From an uncultured Phycisphaerae bacterium (lineage in GTDB: Bacteria; Planctomycetota; Phycisphaerae; UBA1845; JANYLN01), in the NCBI GenBank assembly GCA_963767465.1, contig CAVYDW010000004.1, positions 59,176 to 123,175 of the forward strand: a stretch of DNA of 64,000 nt. Direction: 5' to 3'. The translations under genes and the position numbers were made by a program. The number at the start of each line of letters is the position of its first letter. Positions within the stretch are counted from its first letter, which is position 1. The notes under the pieces are model-generated. The model saw only the letters and a list, made by a program, of their open reading frames with translations. It was not told the origin of the DNA and searched no databases. Shown piece by piece: positions 12,903 through 24,196 of the stretch.

Positions 12903-12950
12903 CAGGGAGGGCACTGGCGGAACGTGGGGGCCAGGCCGTTGCCCTCCCTG
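12903..12950 (+). terminator. GC-rich stem-loop downstream of the Calx/FKBP gene
   Basis: CAGGGAGGGCA (12903-12913) pairs perfectly with TGCCCTCCCTG (12940-12950) around a 26-nt loop. No U-tract, so intrinsic-terminator function is unproven. Confidence 0.35.
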
Positions 12951-13061
12951 CCCCGGCGACGTTATGATCTTGCCCTGATCGTTTGACCCCTGGCGATGCC
13001 TGGAGGAACTGCGGTGGAAAAGGTAGGCATATTGAGACATGATGGGCTGCCGTTTCCGGCC

Positions 13062-13580
13062 ATGTCGGACCTGGCCCGGCTGATCAAGAATGTCCCCGAC
13101 TGGCCCAAGCCCGGGGTCGTCTTCAAGGACATCACGCCGCTGCTGCGCGACCCGGCCGGCCTGAGCCTCGCGGTCGAGTACATGGCCCAACCCTACCGCG
13201 GCAAGCATATCGATGCGGTGGCCAGCGCCGAAAGCCGCGGCTTCATCTTCGGCGTGGCCGTCGCGCAGAATATCTCGGCCGGCTTCGTGCCCATCCGCAA
13301 GCCCGGCAAGCTGCCGCGCGAGGTTCGTACGGCTGAGTACGTCCTGGAGTACGGCGTGGACAAACTGCAGATCCACGCCGACGCCCTCAAGCCCAGCGAC
13401 CGGGTGCTGCTGATCGACGACGTGCTGGCCACCGGCGGCACGATGACAGCCTGCTGCAAGCTGGTCGAAGAACTGGGCGCCGAGGTGGCCGGCATCGCCG
13501 TCCTCATCGAACTCGGCTTCCTGCACGGCCGCGAGACGCTGGACAGGTACGACATCCACTCGGTCATCTACGTGGAATAG
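13062..13580 (+). CDS. apt: adenine phosphoribosyltransferase
   Basis: DWPKPGVVFKDITPLL, AESRGFIFG and the PRPP loop VLLIDDVLATGGT are present. ATG 13062 gives a typical ~172-aa length. Confidence 0.9.
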   Translation: MSDLARLIKNVPDWPKPGVVFKDITPLLRDPAGLSLAVEYMAQPYRGKHIDAVASAESRGFIFGVAVAQNISAGFVPIRKPGKLPREVRTAEYVLEYGVDKLQIHADALKPSDRVLLIDDVLATGGTMTACCKLVEELGAEVAGIAVLIELGFLHGRETLDRYDIHSVIYVE

Positions 13581-13590
13581 TCGGTGCAAT

Positions 13591-13673
13591 TCACAGGGAT
13601 GGACAGGATTGAAAGGATGCGGCCCGAAGGGCGGCGTCTGTTCCCATTCTGTGTATCCTGTGCATCCCTGTGA
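13591..13673. repeat. palindromic intergenic element (19-bp arms) between convergent apt and rsmA
   Basis: TCACAGGGATGGACAGGAT (13591-13609) matches the reverse complement of ATCCTGTGCATCCCTGTGA (13655-13673) at 18 of 19 positions, with a 45-nt loop. The 12-mer CCTGTGAGTTCC recurs at about 27659. Confidence 0.6.
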
Positions 13674-13740
13674 GTTCCCCTCCTCCGGGTGCCACTGGCA
13701 GCTTGCCTGCCAGTGCTCCTTCTCGGGCGCACGGCGGCAC

Positions 13741-14615
13741 TCACCCCGGGGGAGCCGGGAGGGCCCTGGCCAGGTCGACCCACTCCCCTACCGTCAACTC
13801 CTCCGGCCGGCGGCGCCAATCCATCGCCGTAGCATCCTTGAGGGTATCGGCCCGGTCCCCATAGGCCAGCCTGAGATTCTGCCAGAGGGTCTTGCGGCGA
13901 TGGAGGAACAGTCGGTGGGTCACCGCGGCCATATGGTGGACATCGCCCACGGCGGCCCTGCGCCGTTCGTCGGGCTCGATCCTCACAATAGCGGATTCCA
14001 CGTCGGGGGCGGGCCAGAAGGCCTGGCGAGGAACCCTGGCCACCCGCTTGACCGCCGACAGCGCCTGCAGCACGACCGACAGCGGGCCGTAGTCGCTGCT
14101 TCGGGGAACGGCTGCCATGCGGTCGGCTACCTCCTTCTGCACCGTAAAGCACAGCGTCCGCACCTGCGGCACGTCCAGCAACAGGTCGGCCACGATGGGC
14201 GATGCTGCGTTGTACGGCAGGTTGGCCACCAGCAGGCAGCGGCCGGCCAGGTGCCGGTGCCGCTCCAACAGGGCCTCGATCACCTGCAGGTTCAAGTGGT
14301 TCTTGCTGGCCAGGGCGTCAGCCACCAGCAGCGTCACGTTGTCGTGGCCGGCCAGGTGCGCCGCGCAACTTCGGCGATACCGGCGTCGATCTCGACAGCC
14401 AGGACGTGGGCGGCCACCTCGGCCAGCATGCTCGTCAGGCTACCCGTGCCCGGGCCGACCTCCAGCACGAGGTCGTCGGGGGAGATGCCGGCGGCATCGA
14501 CGAGTTTGTGCATCAGGTTCCGGTCAACAAGAAAGTGCTGGCCATGCCGGTGCTGCGGCTGCATTCCCGCCTGTCGCAGGAGGTCGCGAATCTCGCTTTG
14601 GGTCTGGAACACCAT
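13741..14615 (-). pseudogene. rsmA: 16S rRNA (adenine1518/1519-N6)-dimethyltransferase RsmA/KsgA with one apparent frame break near 14337
   Basis: GQHFLVD, the SAM-binding [12 protein letters not shown] and the NLPYN motif are present. The N-terminal part is ORF 14334..14615 and the remainder is ORF 13741..14337. The expected ...[14 protein letters not shown] reads through in the shifted frame. Confidence 0.85.
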
Positions 14616-15090
14616 GGGCCTCTTATACTACGGCGGCAACGGCCATGCCAGCCGGACGACAGACACCGTCCGGTACAAGGCCGCCAGGTCGCGATGGGCA
14701 TGGCGGCCCGCTCGTCCCGGGAGGTATTGTTGGTGCAGATCCGCGTAGGCAGTTGCGGTGCCGGGACGCTGCGCTGCGTTCCCGGCCACGAGTCGTACCG
14801 GCTAACAGAGAACTGGAATCACGCGTGGCGGAAAGGATTGGTTCAGGCCCCGCCTTGCCACGGCTGCAACGCAACGCCCAGGGGCCCAACGAGGTTCGGC
14901 TGGTATAGGGGGAACCCCTGTTGTACGATCCGGAAATTGCCGATATTTCAGTTGACACCCTTGGCGAATGTTTCTATCTTCCTGGAACGATATGTCGCCG
15001 GCGGTGTACGTTGTAGCCGGCCGCGCGATACCTTGGGGGCGTCCGACAGGATGCTCCCGAACCTGCCGGGGGGCAGTTGCGGAGGTAGAT

Positions 15091-16675
15091 GTGAGAGAGC
15101 CCCGTTCCCCCCGGATCGTTGCAGTTTGGACCATCCCTGCCCTCCTGTTCGCGGTCGCCGTCTTTCCCGCCCATGCCCTGGCTGGGGCCACCTACTACGT
15201 CAGCCCCGCGGGCAACGACGCCAACAACGGAAGCAGCACCACCCCCTGGAAGACCCTCGCCAAGGCCGCCGGCACCGTCACCGCCGGCAGCACCGTCATC
15301 GTCAAGGCCGGCACCTACTACGAAAGCCTCATCCCCGCCCACAGCGGCACCGCCGGCAACATGATCGTCTTCCAGAGCGAGACCGCGCGCGGGGCCGTCC
15401 TCGACGGCCAGAACAGCAAGTCCGACGGCGTGAACTTCTACAACACCCCGGCCAACTACGTCCGCGTCGACGGCTTCGAGATCCGCAACTTCACCGACTC
15501 CGCCGTGACCGCCAACGACTGGTACCACGCCGTCACCACCAATGTCGAGGCCGTCAACTGCTACGTCCACGACAACGCCGGCGACGCCATGAACTTCCGC
15601 AACTCCAAGAACAGCCTGATCGAGAACTGCGAGATCACCAACACGGGCCTGTCGGGCATCGCCATGGGCGGCCAGTACGACTCGATCAACCTGGTCATCC
15701 GCGGCAACACGATCCACCACATCTACCAGGACGGCATCCGCGGCGGCTCGCAGAACCTGCTGGTCGAGTACAACAACATGTACGACTCCTACTGGAGCGA
15801 CGCCCACCAGGACGCCTTGCAGCTGGACCACTACGTCAACTGCACGGTCCGCTACAACACGATCGGGGACTTCACGCAGTTGGTCTACGGCGGCCCGGAG
15901 TCCGGCACGCAGGGCACCTGCGACGGGCTGTACGTCTACGGCAACGTGCTGTACGACTCGCAGTACTGGGCCAAGCAGGGCGGCACGTGCCCGGGCGTGT
16001 TCATCGGCACGATCGGGGTGCTCTCCGGCAGCGTCTTCAAGCACACGCAGATCTTCAACAACACGTTCCTGTACCTGGGGGATGGCCAGAAGGCGATCAT
16101 GCTGACGGGCGATTCGGGCGTGGCGATGGATGACGTGCGGGTCTACAACAACATCTTCTACCAGTGCCGCGGCACGGGCGGGGGCAACAGTTGCGACATC
16201 GACTCGCGGTTTACCAACATCAAGGCAGACTACAACTGCTACTACAACATCAACCCGATCGCCGGCCAGGACGCTCACAGCCTCAAGGTGAACCCGCAGT
16301 TCGTCAACTACACGCCGGGGGCCTTCACCTTCGACGCGCACCTCAAGGCCGGCAGCCCGTGCATCGGCGCGGGGGTGCCGGGCCTGGGGAGCCTGGTGGC
16401 CTTGCCAAGCCCCTACCTCGATATCGACGGCTGCGTCCTGCCGGTCAGCGGCAAGAATGACCTCGGCGCAGTACGCGGCCTCGTCCGGGGCTGGGACGCT
16501 CGTAGGCGACCTGAACGGCGACGGCCACGTGGACGTGCTGGACGTGCTGATCTTCGCAAACTGCTATGGGAAGATCAGCGGCGACAGCGGGTTCAACGCC
16601 GCCTGCGACTTCGATCACGACGGGGCCGTGGGCGTGTCCGACCTGCTGATGCTGGTAGCCAACTTCGGCAAGTAG
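15091..16675 (+). pseudogene. secreted right-handed beta-helix (pectate-lyase fold) protein with C-terminal dockerin-like repeats; one apparent frame break near 16460
   Basis: GTG 15091 follows GGAGG; signal peptide ends AHALA. ATYYVSPAGNDANNGSSTTPWKTL is typical of beta-helix proteins, followed by repeated NxxxxN/IxxN turns. The C-terminal DLNGDGHVDVLDV...DFDHDGAVGVSDLL dockerin pair lies in ORF 16457..16675. Confidence 0.75.
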
Positions 16676-16757
16676 CGGGACGGGTTACGGGGATCGGGTG
16701 TCGGGTGTCGGGTGTCGTACACCGGGCATCGGGTCTCGAGTATCGGCTTACGAATGC

Positions 16758-16784
16758 CATGGTCCTGCGCCTTGCAGGACCATG
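16758..16784. terminator. perfect 11-bp stem-loop between convergent genes
   Basis: CATGGTCCTGC-gcctt-GCAGGACCATG. The related 14-mer TGCAGGACCATGTG recurs at 25134-25147 in another post-gene hairpin. Confidence 0.4.
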
Positions 16785-16839
16785 TGCATTCACTGCTCTC
16801 GGCGGTGCTGCTTTCGGGCGCAGGGGTCGTGTGGACACG

Positions 16840-18586
16840 TCATTTGCCGTCCCACCAGGCCGGGCCCGCCGGCCGGGGAGCCGGGGCGGCCCGATATGGC
16901 CAGAAGACGTGGTCGCCTCCCGTGTCCCTGCCGCCCGGTTCCCAGCCGTCGTTGGGGATCGCGATGCCGCCGTCGTCGGTGAAGTTTCCGGCCACGCTGT
17001 AGAGCGTAAAGCCGTTGTCGGTCGTGCGGTAGACCAGCGGGCCGGAGCCGTAAGGGTCGGCCGGTACCTGCTGAAGGTAGCCAGCCGACACAGTCTCTTC
17101 GAGACTGGCGGGGTACCGGCCTTTGTCGATTCTGTAGCGCTGCACGGCCAGGATGGTCAGGGTCGCCTCGTGCAGGGCGCGGCCCTGGTAGCTGAGGGTG
17201 GACACCTCCTCCATCGATGGGATGAACAGGCGCAGCAGCGCGTATCGCCAGCCGGGCAGGTCCATGACCATCCTGTCCGGCACGTGCTTGCGGTCCCGCA
17301 GCTGGTAGGGGGTCAACTTCGATGCCGCAATCATCACGTCGTAGATGGCGTCACCCTTTTCGAGGGTGTCGGTGCGGCCGGCCTGGGTGGTGTAGAAAAG
17401 GACACCCAGCAAGTCCGCCGCCGGAGCCATTTGCTGTGGTCGGCCCCCGTAACTGAACTCCACGCAGGCCCGCAGGTTGCGCGGGATGATGTGCCCGCCG
17501 CCGGGGCCGCCGTCGGTGAAGGTCCACTGCACGATGTCCTGGAAAGCGATCTTGTCGCACGACGGGTCAAACAACGGGTACTGGCTGCCGTAGAGGCGGT
17601 CCAGCTGCTCCTGGATGTTCTCGAGTTGCTCGGCAGGCAGGGGCTGGGCCGCCAGGATGCGGAGGACCTCGCCCTCGGCGAGGGTAGCGGTAGTCAGACC
17701 GTCCCAGAAGAACGGTTCAGTCGGCCTCTGCCGGTGCCGGCCGCACCGGGCGATGGCCAGGCAATCTTCGAGGGCCTCGTTGACGCGGCCGGCCTTGAGG
17801 GCAAAGCGGGCACGCCAGATGCCGGACTTGGAGACATCGCGGAGGCTGCCGAGGTCCGGCGGCAGGATGGCCATCAGCCGCGGCCCGTCGTGCCAGTCCT
17901 TGGGCGGCTCATAGGCGACCCAGCAGTACGGCTTGCGACTGGCGACGAGGTAGTCAGCTCCACGAGGGGTCGTTGGCATCGAGCCAGGCGCGGAGGGCGT
18001 CGCTTTCATAGGCCTCCATGTCCTCCAGCGAACGGTTCGGGTCAATGATTCGGTCCCAGGATTGTGTCTCTATGCCTGGCAGGTCGTCCGGCTTGCGAGG
18101 TTTGTCGATGTAGTTGGGCGGCTTCTTGAGGGCCTGGATGGCCCTTTCGTAGTCAGGCCAGGCGTTCTCGCTCTCGTTGGGGGTGGGCTGGGTCTGGCGG
18201 TTGAACTCGGCCAGGTAATCGACGCTGGGGTTGGGCGAACCCATGGCGAACCAGGCGACATACAGGCAAAACAGGACCAAGAGACCCAGGAAACCCCGCC
18301 CCGTGCGGATCAGCATCTTCTGCCACGCCGGCCGACAACGTTTCTTGCCGCGCCGGATCAGGGCAGCCAGCGTGCGCGGGTCGCCGAACCCGGCGACCAA
18401 CTCTCGGGCGCACTTTTCGCGGTCCTCCGGCGGGCATTCCGCAAGGGAGTCGCTGAAGTGGTCGATCAGTTCCTGGCGGACCTCGCGGCGAGCCGATCGG
18501 CTATAGCGCATCCGCCGGATGACCATCTCGATGTACTCGACGACGCAACGGGGGACGTCGTGCGGGTAGATGTCCTTGCCAGCCAT
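16840..18586 (-). pseudogene. PadR-associated membrane protein (N-terminal helical prefix domain, one TM, large extracytoplasmic domain); one apparent frame break near 17960-18040
   Basis: ORF 17954..18586 (MAGKDIYPHDVPRCVVEYIEMVIRRMRYSRSARREVRQELIDHFSD..., TM segment GFLGLLVLFCLYVAWFAM) and ORF 16840..18045 overlap in different frames and lie directly downstream of padR. Confidence 0.6.
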
Positions 18587-18720
18587 GATGCGATGCCCTC
18601 CAGGTCAATCTCTGCTGCTTCGGGCCGGGTACCCGGTGCCGCCGCCTGCGGTGTTTGCAGGCGTACTCTGCCACTGCCATGCCCTGGTCCAGGCCCGATA
18701 CGGGTGGGCGATAGCCCACC

Positions 18721-19056
18721 CTACGCCGGGCGCAGCCCCAGCACCATGTTCGCCCCGATCTGCAGCTGCTCCCACTCCTGCTTGCGGCGGGCGAGCAGCT
18801 CCTTGCCGGCCCCGGTGATCGCGTAGTAGCGGCGCTTGCGGCCGGTGTCGGACTCGTGCCACTTGCCCTTGATCAGGCCCTTGGCCTCGAGGTTGTACAG
18901 CAGGGGATAGAGCGTGCCGCGGCCGAGGGTCAGGATGTTGCTGCTGCGCTTGGCGATGGCGTCGGAAAGTTCGTAGCCGTACATCGCCCCGCGCGACAGG
19001 ACCTCCAGGACGACGACGGGCGCGACGCCCTTGAGCAGTTCGCGTTCGAATTTCAT
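18721..19056 (-). CDS. PadR-family transcriptional regulator
   Basis: MKFERELLKGVAPVVVLEVLSRGAMYGYEL...GTLYPLLYNLEAKGLIKGKW...RRRYYAITGAG is the classic PadR winged helix. ATG 19056 gives about 111 aa. Confidence 0.85.
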   Translation of the reverse strand: MKFERELLKGVAPVVVLEVLSRGAMYGYELSDAIAKRSSNILTLGRGTLYPLLYNLEAKGLIKGKWHESDTGRKRRYYAITGAGKELLARRKQEWEQLQIGANMVLGLRPA

Positions 19057-19380
19057 GGCGCTTCGAGCCTCCGAGTCGTACCGACTCCCATGGCGTTTCG
19101 GACCTTCGCGTGCCACAGTTGGCTGCACATAGTATGCATCACATACTATGTGATGTCAAGCTGATGTTGCACGAAATCAAGATGATCTGGTGCAGAAAAC
19201 TGCCTGTAGGAGACCGTCACCCCTGCCCGGCTGGCAAAGTCATGTAGAAGTCGATCCTTGCCGGCGGCCGATCACCTGGCTCCCCGCTGTAGTGGGCGAA
19301 GCGGCACTCCTGCGGGTTCCGGCCCTTCCGGGCGGACACAGCCGACCTCAAAGGGCGATTTCAAATCCTGGCAGTGTCGC

Positions 19381-20002
19381 CTACCCTCGGAAGGTCCGCG
19401 CCGCGTCGACGATGAACTTCCCGCCCATGGCTACCAGGAACACACCGCACACGGCGAAAACCCCCTTCTGAAACCGATGCCCGAAGAACTGCCCGCCCTT
19501 GTAGCCAGCGGCCGACAGGAACCACAGCCACGCCACGTCGCACAGCCAGTGAGCGATCGCGAAGACCGCGAAACCGATCAGTCCGAACGCGACCGACTGG
19601 CCGATCAGCGTCGCCCCGACCGTGCCCCACCACAGCAGGAAGTAGGGATTGCCAGCCGTCAGCAGGACCCCGGCTGTAACAGACTGACATCGTCACCTGC
19701 CGGGAGACGGCCTGCGTGGCGCCGGCGCCGCGGAGCATGCCCAGCCCCATCCACAGCAGGAACGCGCCACCCACCAGGCCGATCGCCGCCTTGACCAGCG
19801 GGTTGTTCTGCAGGAAGAAGATCCCGAACCAGATCGCCAGCATCAACGGCAGTTCGACCAGCACGTGGCCGACGGCGATCGCCCCGCCGACGTGCGGGCT
19901 GCGGGCGGCCTTACCGAGCGTGACAGCCGTGATCGGCCCGGGGGCGATCGTCCCCGAGAGGGAGATGCCGACGGCACTCAAGAGAAACGCCACAAAAGGC
20001 AC
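19381..20002 (-). pseudogene. LysE/RhtB-family amino-acid exporter with one apparent frame break near 19690
   Basis: AAGGAG lies 6 nt before GTG 20002. The N-terminal half is PFVAFLLSAVGISLSGTIAPGPITAVTL... The C-terminal half reads in another frame (VTAGVLLTAGNPYFLLWWGTVGATLIGQSVAFGLIGFAVFAIAHWLCDVAWLWFLSAAGYKGG...) and ends at TAG 19381-19383. Confidence 0.75.
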
Positions 20003-20263
20003 ACCTATCTCCTTGATCAACCCGCAGAGGGTAGCTTGCTGGCCGCCGCGGCGGCCGTCAAGGCCGGCGACCGTGACGGGCCAGACATGGCGGCACGACA
20101 ATGCTCGCCGCAGACAGTAGAATGCCCCGGTCGAAGGCCAGCAAAGGATCATGCGGATGGACTGCGGACAGCAGGGCCAGACTCCCCCGGACTGGTTCGC
20201 CGGGTTTAAGGCGGCTGCCCACCGGTCGCTACGTGGAATCCTGAACGGTTTCCGGAGGTCGGC

Positions 20264-21105
20264 GTGAACTACCCTCTCCTCGACATCCAGCACGTGGACC
20301 AGCCCCCGGCGGATTACCTTGCCGCCGCCGGCCGGATCCTGTCCGTCTTCGATGAGCGGACCCAGGACTCCGGAAACGTCTCCTATGGCGTACAGGTCGC
20401 TGGCCGGCGATTTTTCGTCAAGACCGCCGGGCGGAGTGACGATCCCCGCCCGTTCCTGTCGCACCCACAGCGGGTGGCCCTGCTGCGCAATGGCGTGCGG
20501 GTCTGGCAGTCCTGCAGGCACCCGGCGCTGCCGCGCGTGCACAACCTGGTCGAGACTCCGGCTGGGCCGATGGTCGTCTACGAGTGGGTCGAAGGTGAAC
20601 TGCTTCACTGCCCCGGCAATCGCCGCAAGGACCCCGCCTCCGCCTTCCAGCGGTTCATCCACCTGCCGGTGAGTGGGTCCTGTGCGTCCTCGATGTCATC
20701 TACGACCTGCACGACGCCCTGGCCAGCCAGGGCTGGATCGCCGTCGACTTCTACGATGGCTGCATCCTCTACGACTTCGCCCGGCACGCCGTCCGCGTCA
20801 TGGACCTGGACCACTACCACACGGGGCCGCTGGTCAACGAAATGGGGCGGATGTTCGGCTCGGGCCGGTTCATGGCCCCGGAGGAATTCGAGCGGGGTTC
20901 ACGCATCGACCAGCGGACGACGGTCTTCACCCTGGGCCGCACGGCGGTCGTCCTCCTGGCCGACGGCAGCCTCGACCGCAAGCCGTTCCGCGGAGGCGAC
21001 GCCCTATACGAGGTGATCCGGCAGGCATGCGAGCCGCAGCCGGAAGACCGCTTCCCTTCCCTGGCCGCCTTCCAGCAGGCCTGGTGCGCCGCGCGGGTGG
21101 TTTGA
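20264..21105 (+). pseudogene. protein-kinase-like (Ser/Thr kinase / APH fold) protein with one apparent frame break near 20665
   Basis: The N-lobe reads VSYGVQVAGRRFFVKT. After the shift come WIAVDFYDGCILYD, VRVMDLDHY and FMAPEEF (an APE-like motif), ending at 21105. Confidence 0.6.
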
Positions 21106-21211
21106 GGACAAGCCAGGCTGGAAGGCGCAGAACCTGCCGAGAACGCTGGCTGTCTCGGCTGTTCTCCGTGCCTCCGTGGTCGAGCTCCACGCTCGCATGG
21201 GCAGAGGGCTC

Positions 21212-22321
21212 TCAGAACCTGTATCCCGCCGCCACCTCCGCCGACGCCGCCACACGCACCAGATCCCCGTCCGGCGGCAACTGGTCCCCCACGTTCAGCA
21301 CCACCTTCGGGCCGAACGTATCCAGGATCCGCTTGCTGAAATCGCGGACCTGCGGCACCGTCGTGCCGTCGCAGAACAGCGTGGCTGGCACACCGCACCA
21401 CAGCCGCTGCTTCGGCCCCAGCGCCCGGGCCATCTCCTCCAGCGTCCAGTCATTCATCGGCTCGGGCGTCGCCCCATCGAAGATATCCAGCCCCGTGTCC
21501 TTCATCATCGGCAGCAGGCCCCGCAGGCGGCCGTCCATGTGGGCCGAGCAGAGCTTGCCGCCCTTGTGCAGCCGCTCGCACCGCCGCTGGTAGTACGGCA
21601 GGCTGTACTGCTTGAACATCGGCGGCGAGACCATCACCTCGTCGATGTTATCGCCGAAGATGCACACCGTGCCGTGCGGACACGCCGCCGTCAGGTCGAA
21701 GGCCATGTCGATCGCCTCGCCGAGGACCTGGAAGAAACGGTCGCACTCCGCGGGGTGGTCTGCCATCAGGTACAAGCCGTTCTCCAGGTTCGCCAGTTCG
21801 ATGATCAGGTACGGCATGGGACTTCGCGGCAGGACCAGGTCGACGAACCCGAAGCCGCCCATCTCGTCCAGGGCCTTCTTGACCAGGTCATAGGTCGGGA
21901 TGAGCTTGCGGTGCGTGAACACGTACTCGATGACCTTCAGGTCGTCGACCGTCTTGACCGGATACTCCACCCGCGACGCACTCTCGCCGGGCATCACGCT
22001 CCGCCGCCGCTCGCGGACCGACCCGACCGGCGTGTGGGTGATCTTGTCGTAGCCGTCCGGATGCTGGACCGTCTCGATGCGGACCGACTCGTCGTAGACG
22101 ATCTTGTAGACCTCGCCGTACAGGTGCACCGGCAGGCCGACGTTCATCCGGTGGTGCAGGTCCAGCAGCGTCCTGCAGTCCGCGTACTCCGCGGGCATCT
22201 GGCCCTGCTTGCAGCGGACCTCGTAGTAATACGACAGGTCGGGAAAGTATGGCGGCCGGTCGTTGCTGCCGCCGTGTCCTGTGAGCGTGTTCAAGATCCG
22301 TTGGCGATGCGTCAACGCCAT
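21212..22321 (-). CDS. uroporphyrinogen-decarboxylase (URO-D) family protein
   Basis: A GGAGG-like site precedes ATG 22321 (MALTHRQRILNTL...). The length (about 370 aa) and the C-terminal pattern ...HMDGRLRGLLPMMKDTGLDIFDG... resemble URO-D/MtaA-type TIM barrels. The family call is from memory only. Confidence 0.55.
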   Translation of the reverse strand: MALTHRQRILNTLTGHGGSNDRPPYFPDLSYYYEVRCKQGQMPAEYADCRTLLDLHHRMNVGLPVHLYGEVYKIVYDESVRIETVQHPDGYDKITHTPVGSVRERRRSVMPGESASRVEYPVKTVDDLKVIEYVFTHRKLIPTYDLVKKALDEMGGFGFVDLVLPRSPMPYLIIELANLENGLYLMADHPAECDRFFQVLGEAIDMAFDLTAACPHGTVCIFGDNIDEVMVSPPMFKQYSLPYYQRRCERLHKGGKLCSAHMDGRLRGLLPMMKDTGLDIFDGATPEPMNDWTLEEMARALGPKQRLWCGVPATLFCDGTTVPQVRDFSKRILDTFGPKVVLNVGDQLPPDGDLVRVAASAEVAAGYRF

Positions 22322-22449
22322 GAGCTCCTCTTGCCTCCGAAATCGATCACCTGCCCGGGCCGGCCCGCCGGACTGCCCGCCAGTCAAGACCGTGAATATC
22401 GCAGGAACCCGGCCCGAAGGCAACGGGATGAGGGCCAGCCGTCAGCAGT

Positions 22450-23997
22450 GGGTCTGCCCAAACTTTCGGGCAAGGGTAGAATGAGGCTTCGGCAAGGAGC
22501 TGCCGAAGAAGGATATTGCCATGGAACGGCTGGTTCAGGTGGATCGGGTTCGGTTAGTGGAGGCGTTGCGTCAGGAAGCCGAGCAGGTGGTTGGGCACGT
22601 GATGGATGCGGTCAATGCGGCCCGGGACGGGCGATTGATCGAGGACAGTGAAGGACCGGTTCTGGAGATCATGCAAGAGTTCCAGAGACGCCTGTACGAG
22701 AAGGCGTTGCAGATGCGGATCGACTCGACCGAGTCGTCTTTTTCCCCCTCCGAAGGACACCGGGGGTCGGCCCAAGCGCAATAAAGGTCGCAGCCAGGCC
22801 TGCTGGCTGACGCGATTGGGCCGGGCCCACCTGTCTCGCAGACGCTATTTCGATGCCGCCGATGGCAGTGATACCCCCCTGGACCGTCTGATCGATGAGG
22901 CAGACCGGGTGATCACGCTGGGGGTGCGGGAACTGGCCTGTCGGCTGGGGATCGATTCGGCCAGTTTCCGGCGGGCGGCGGAGAATCTCAAGGGGGCGAC
23001 GGGTCTGTCGATCAGCCCTGAACAACTGCGTCAGTTGGTGGAGCAGGAAGGCCGGTGGCTGAGCAAAGCCCAGAAGGAGGAGCAGTTGGAGTTGGACTTT
23101 GCGGCCAGCGACTGCCAGACCACCGCCCGCCCCGATGGGCAACCCGTCAGCCGGATGTACATTGGGATGGATGGGGTGAAGGTTCCGGTGGTCACGGATG
23201 CCGAGAAGCAAAAGCGTCGCCAACAGGCCCAGCAGCAGCGTAAGAACCTTCCGCGACGCAAGGGGGTGCGTCGCCGCCCGTTGCCGGCGGTCAAGGCTGG
23301 GGCGGATCAGGCGTACAAGGAGTTCAAGATCGTACTGCTGTACGATCCGTCGGCCGAGCGTCGATACGTGCGGGCGACGCGGAAGGATCATGAGCATGCG
23401 GGGCGCCTGCTGGGTCAGGCGGCGGCCCAGGTACGCCTGCGAGCAGCGCAAGAGACCGTGGGGATTGCCGATGGAGCCGACTGGATCTGGAACCAGATGC
23501 GTCGGCATGTGCCGTGGCTGAATGGGCAGGTCCTGGACTTCTACCACCTCAGCCAGCACGTGCATGAGGCCCGGCGGGAGTTGTTCGGATCGGACGAGAA
23601 GGCGGGTCAGGGGTGGGCGGAGGACCTGCTGCATACGGTCAAGCAGGAGGGGTACGAGCCGTTCTGGGAGCGGTTGGTCAGCCAGCGGGCGGGTTTGCGG
23701 AGTCCCGGTAAGCGTGAGGCGTTGGACGATCTGATGCACTACGTGGCGGCCCGTCGGGGGCTGCTGGCGTATCCGCGGTGCCAGCGGAATGGCTGGGATA
23801 TCGGCAGCGGCCCGACCGAGTCGATGTGCAAGGCCCTGACGCGTCGGCTCAAGCAGCGGGGGATGCGTTGGGACAGCGACAACGCCGAAGCCATCATGGC
23901 CCTGGAGGCCCTGGAGCAGAGCGACGGATGGGCTGCCTGGCACCGATTCCGGGCAGGCTCATCGAATTAAGGCCTGCCCGAAAGAATGGGCAGACCC
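22450..23997 (+). mobile_element. ISKra4/ISLre2-like insertion sequence, copy 1 (1548 bp)
   Basis: Left end GGGTCTGCCCAAACTTTCGGGCAAGG matches the reverse complement of the right end, GGGTCTGCCCATTCTTTCGGGCAGG. An 8-bp direct target duplication TCAGCAGT lies at 22442-22449 and 23998-24005. Confidence 0.8.
22521..23970 (+). CDS. ISKra4/ISLre2-like DDE transposase, two frames joined by a +1 shift at TCT_TTT_TCC (22737-22745)
   Basis: ORF 22521..22784 and ORF 22648..23970 overlap. Motifs IGMDGVKVP, YKEFKIVLLYD, IADGADWIWNQ and VLDFYHLSQHV are present. Reading ...ESSF then PPPKDTGGRPKRNKGRSQ restores one protein. Confidence 0.7.
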
Positions 23998-24196
23998 TCA
24001 GCAGTTGGCAGTCAGCAGTTGTTGCCAGTTGCCGGTTCTCCGTGGTCCGTGGACCGTGGTCCGCAGAGTGTTGTCTGCCGCCCGTTGGCCGTTGCCGCTG
24101 ACTGCTGACTGCTGACCATCGATGCCTGAACCCTGAACCCCGAACCCTGGACCCTCCCCGTTGACAGTTCCCCTTCCCCCGCCCACCATTCCCCCA

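Noticed and set aside
14202-16341. There are very long ORFs overlapping or antisense to real genes. Examples are 14202..16133, 14974..16341, 9463..10602, 23894..24892, 25287..26405, 42094..43743, 52941..55397, 60311..61648, 60396..61787, 61915..63048 and 61966..63840 upstream of 63023.
   Set aside because: High GC content suppresses stop codons in all frames. Their translations are Arg/Pro/Gly/Ala-rich low-complexity strings without recognisable motifs, whereas the opposite or alternative frame carries clear family signatures. They are treated as shadow ORFs.
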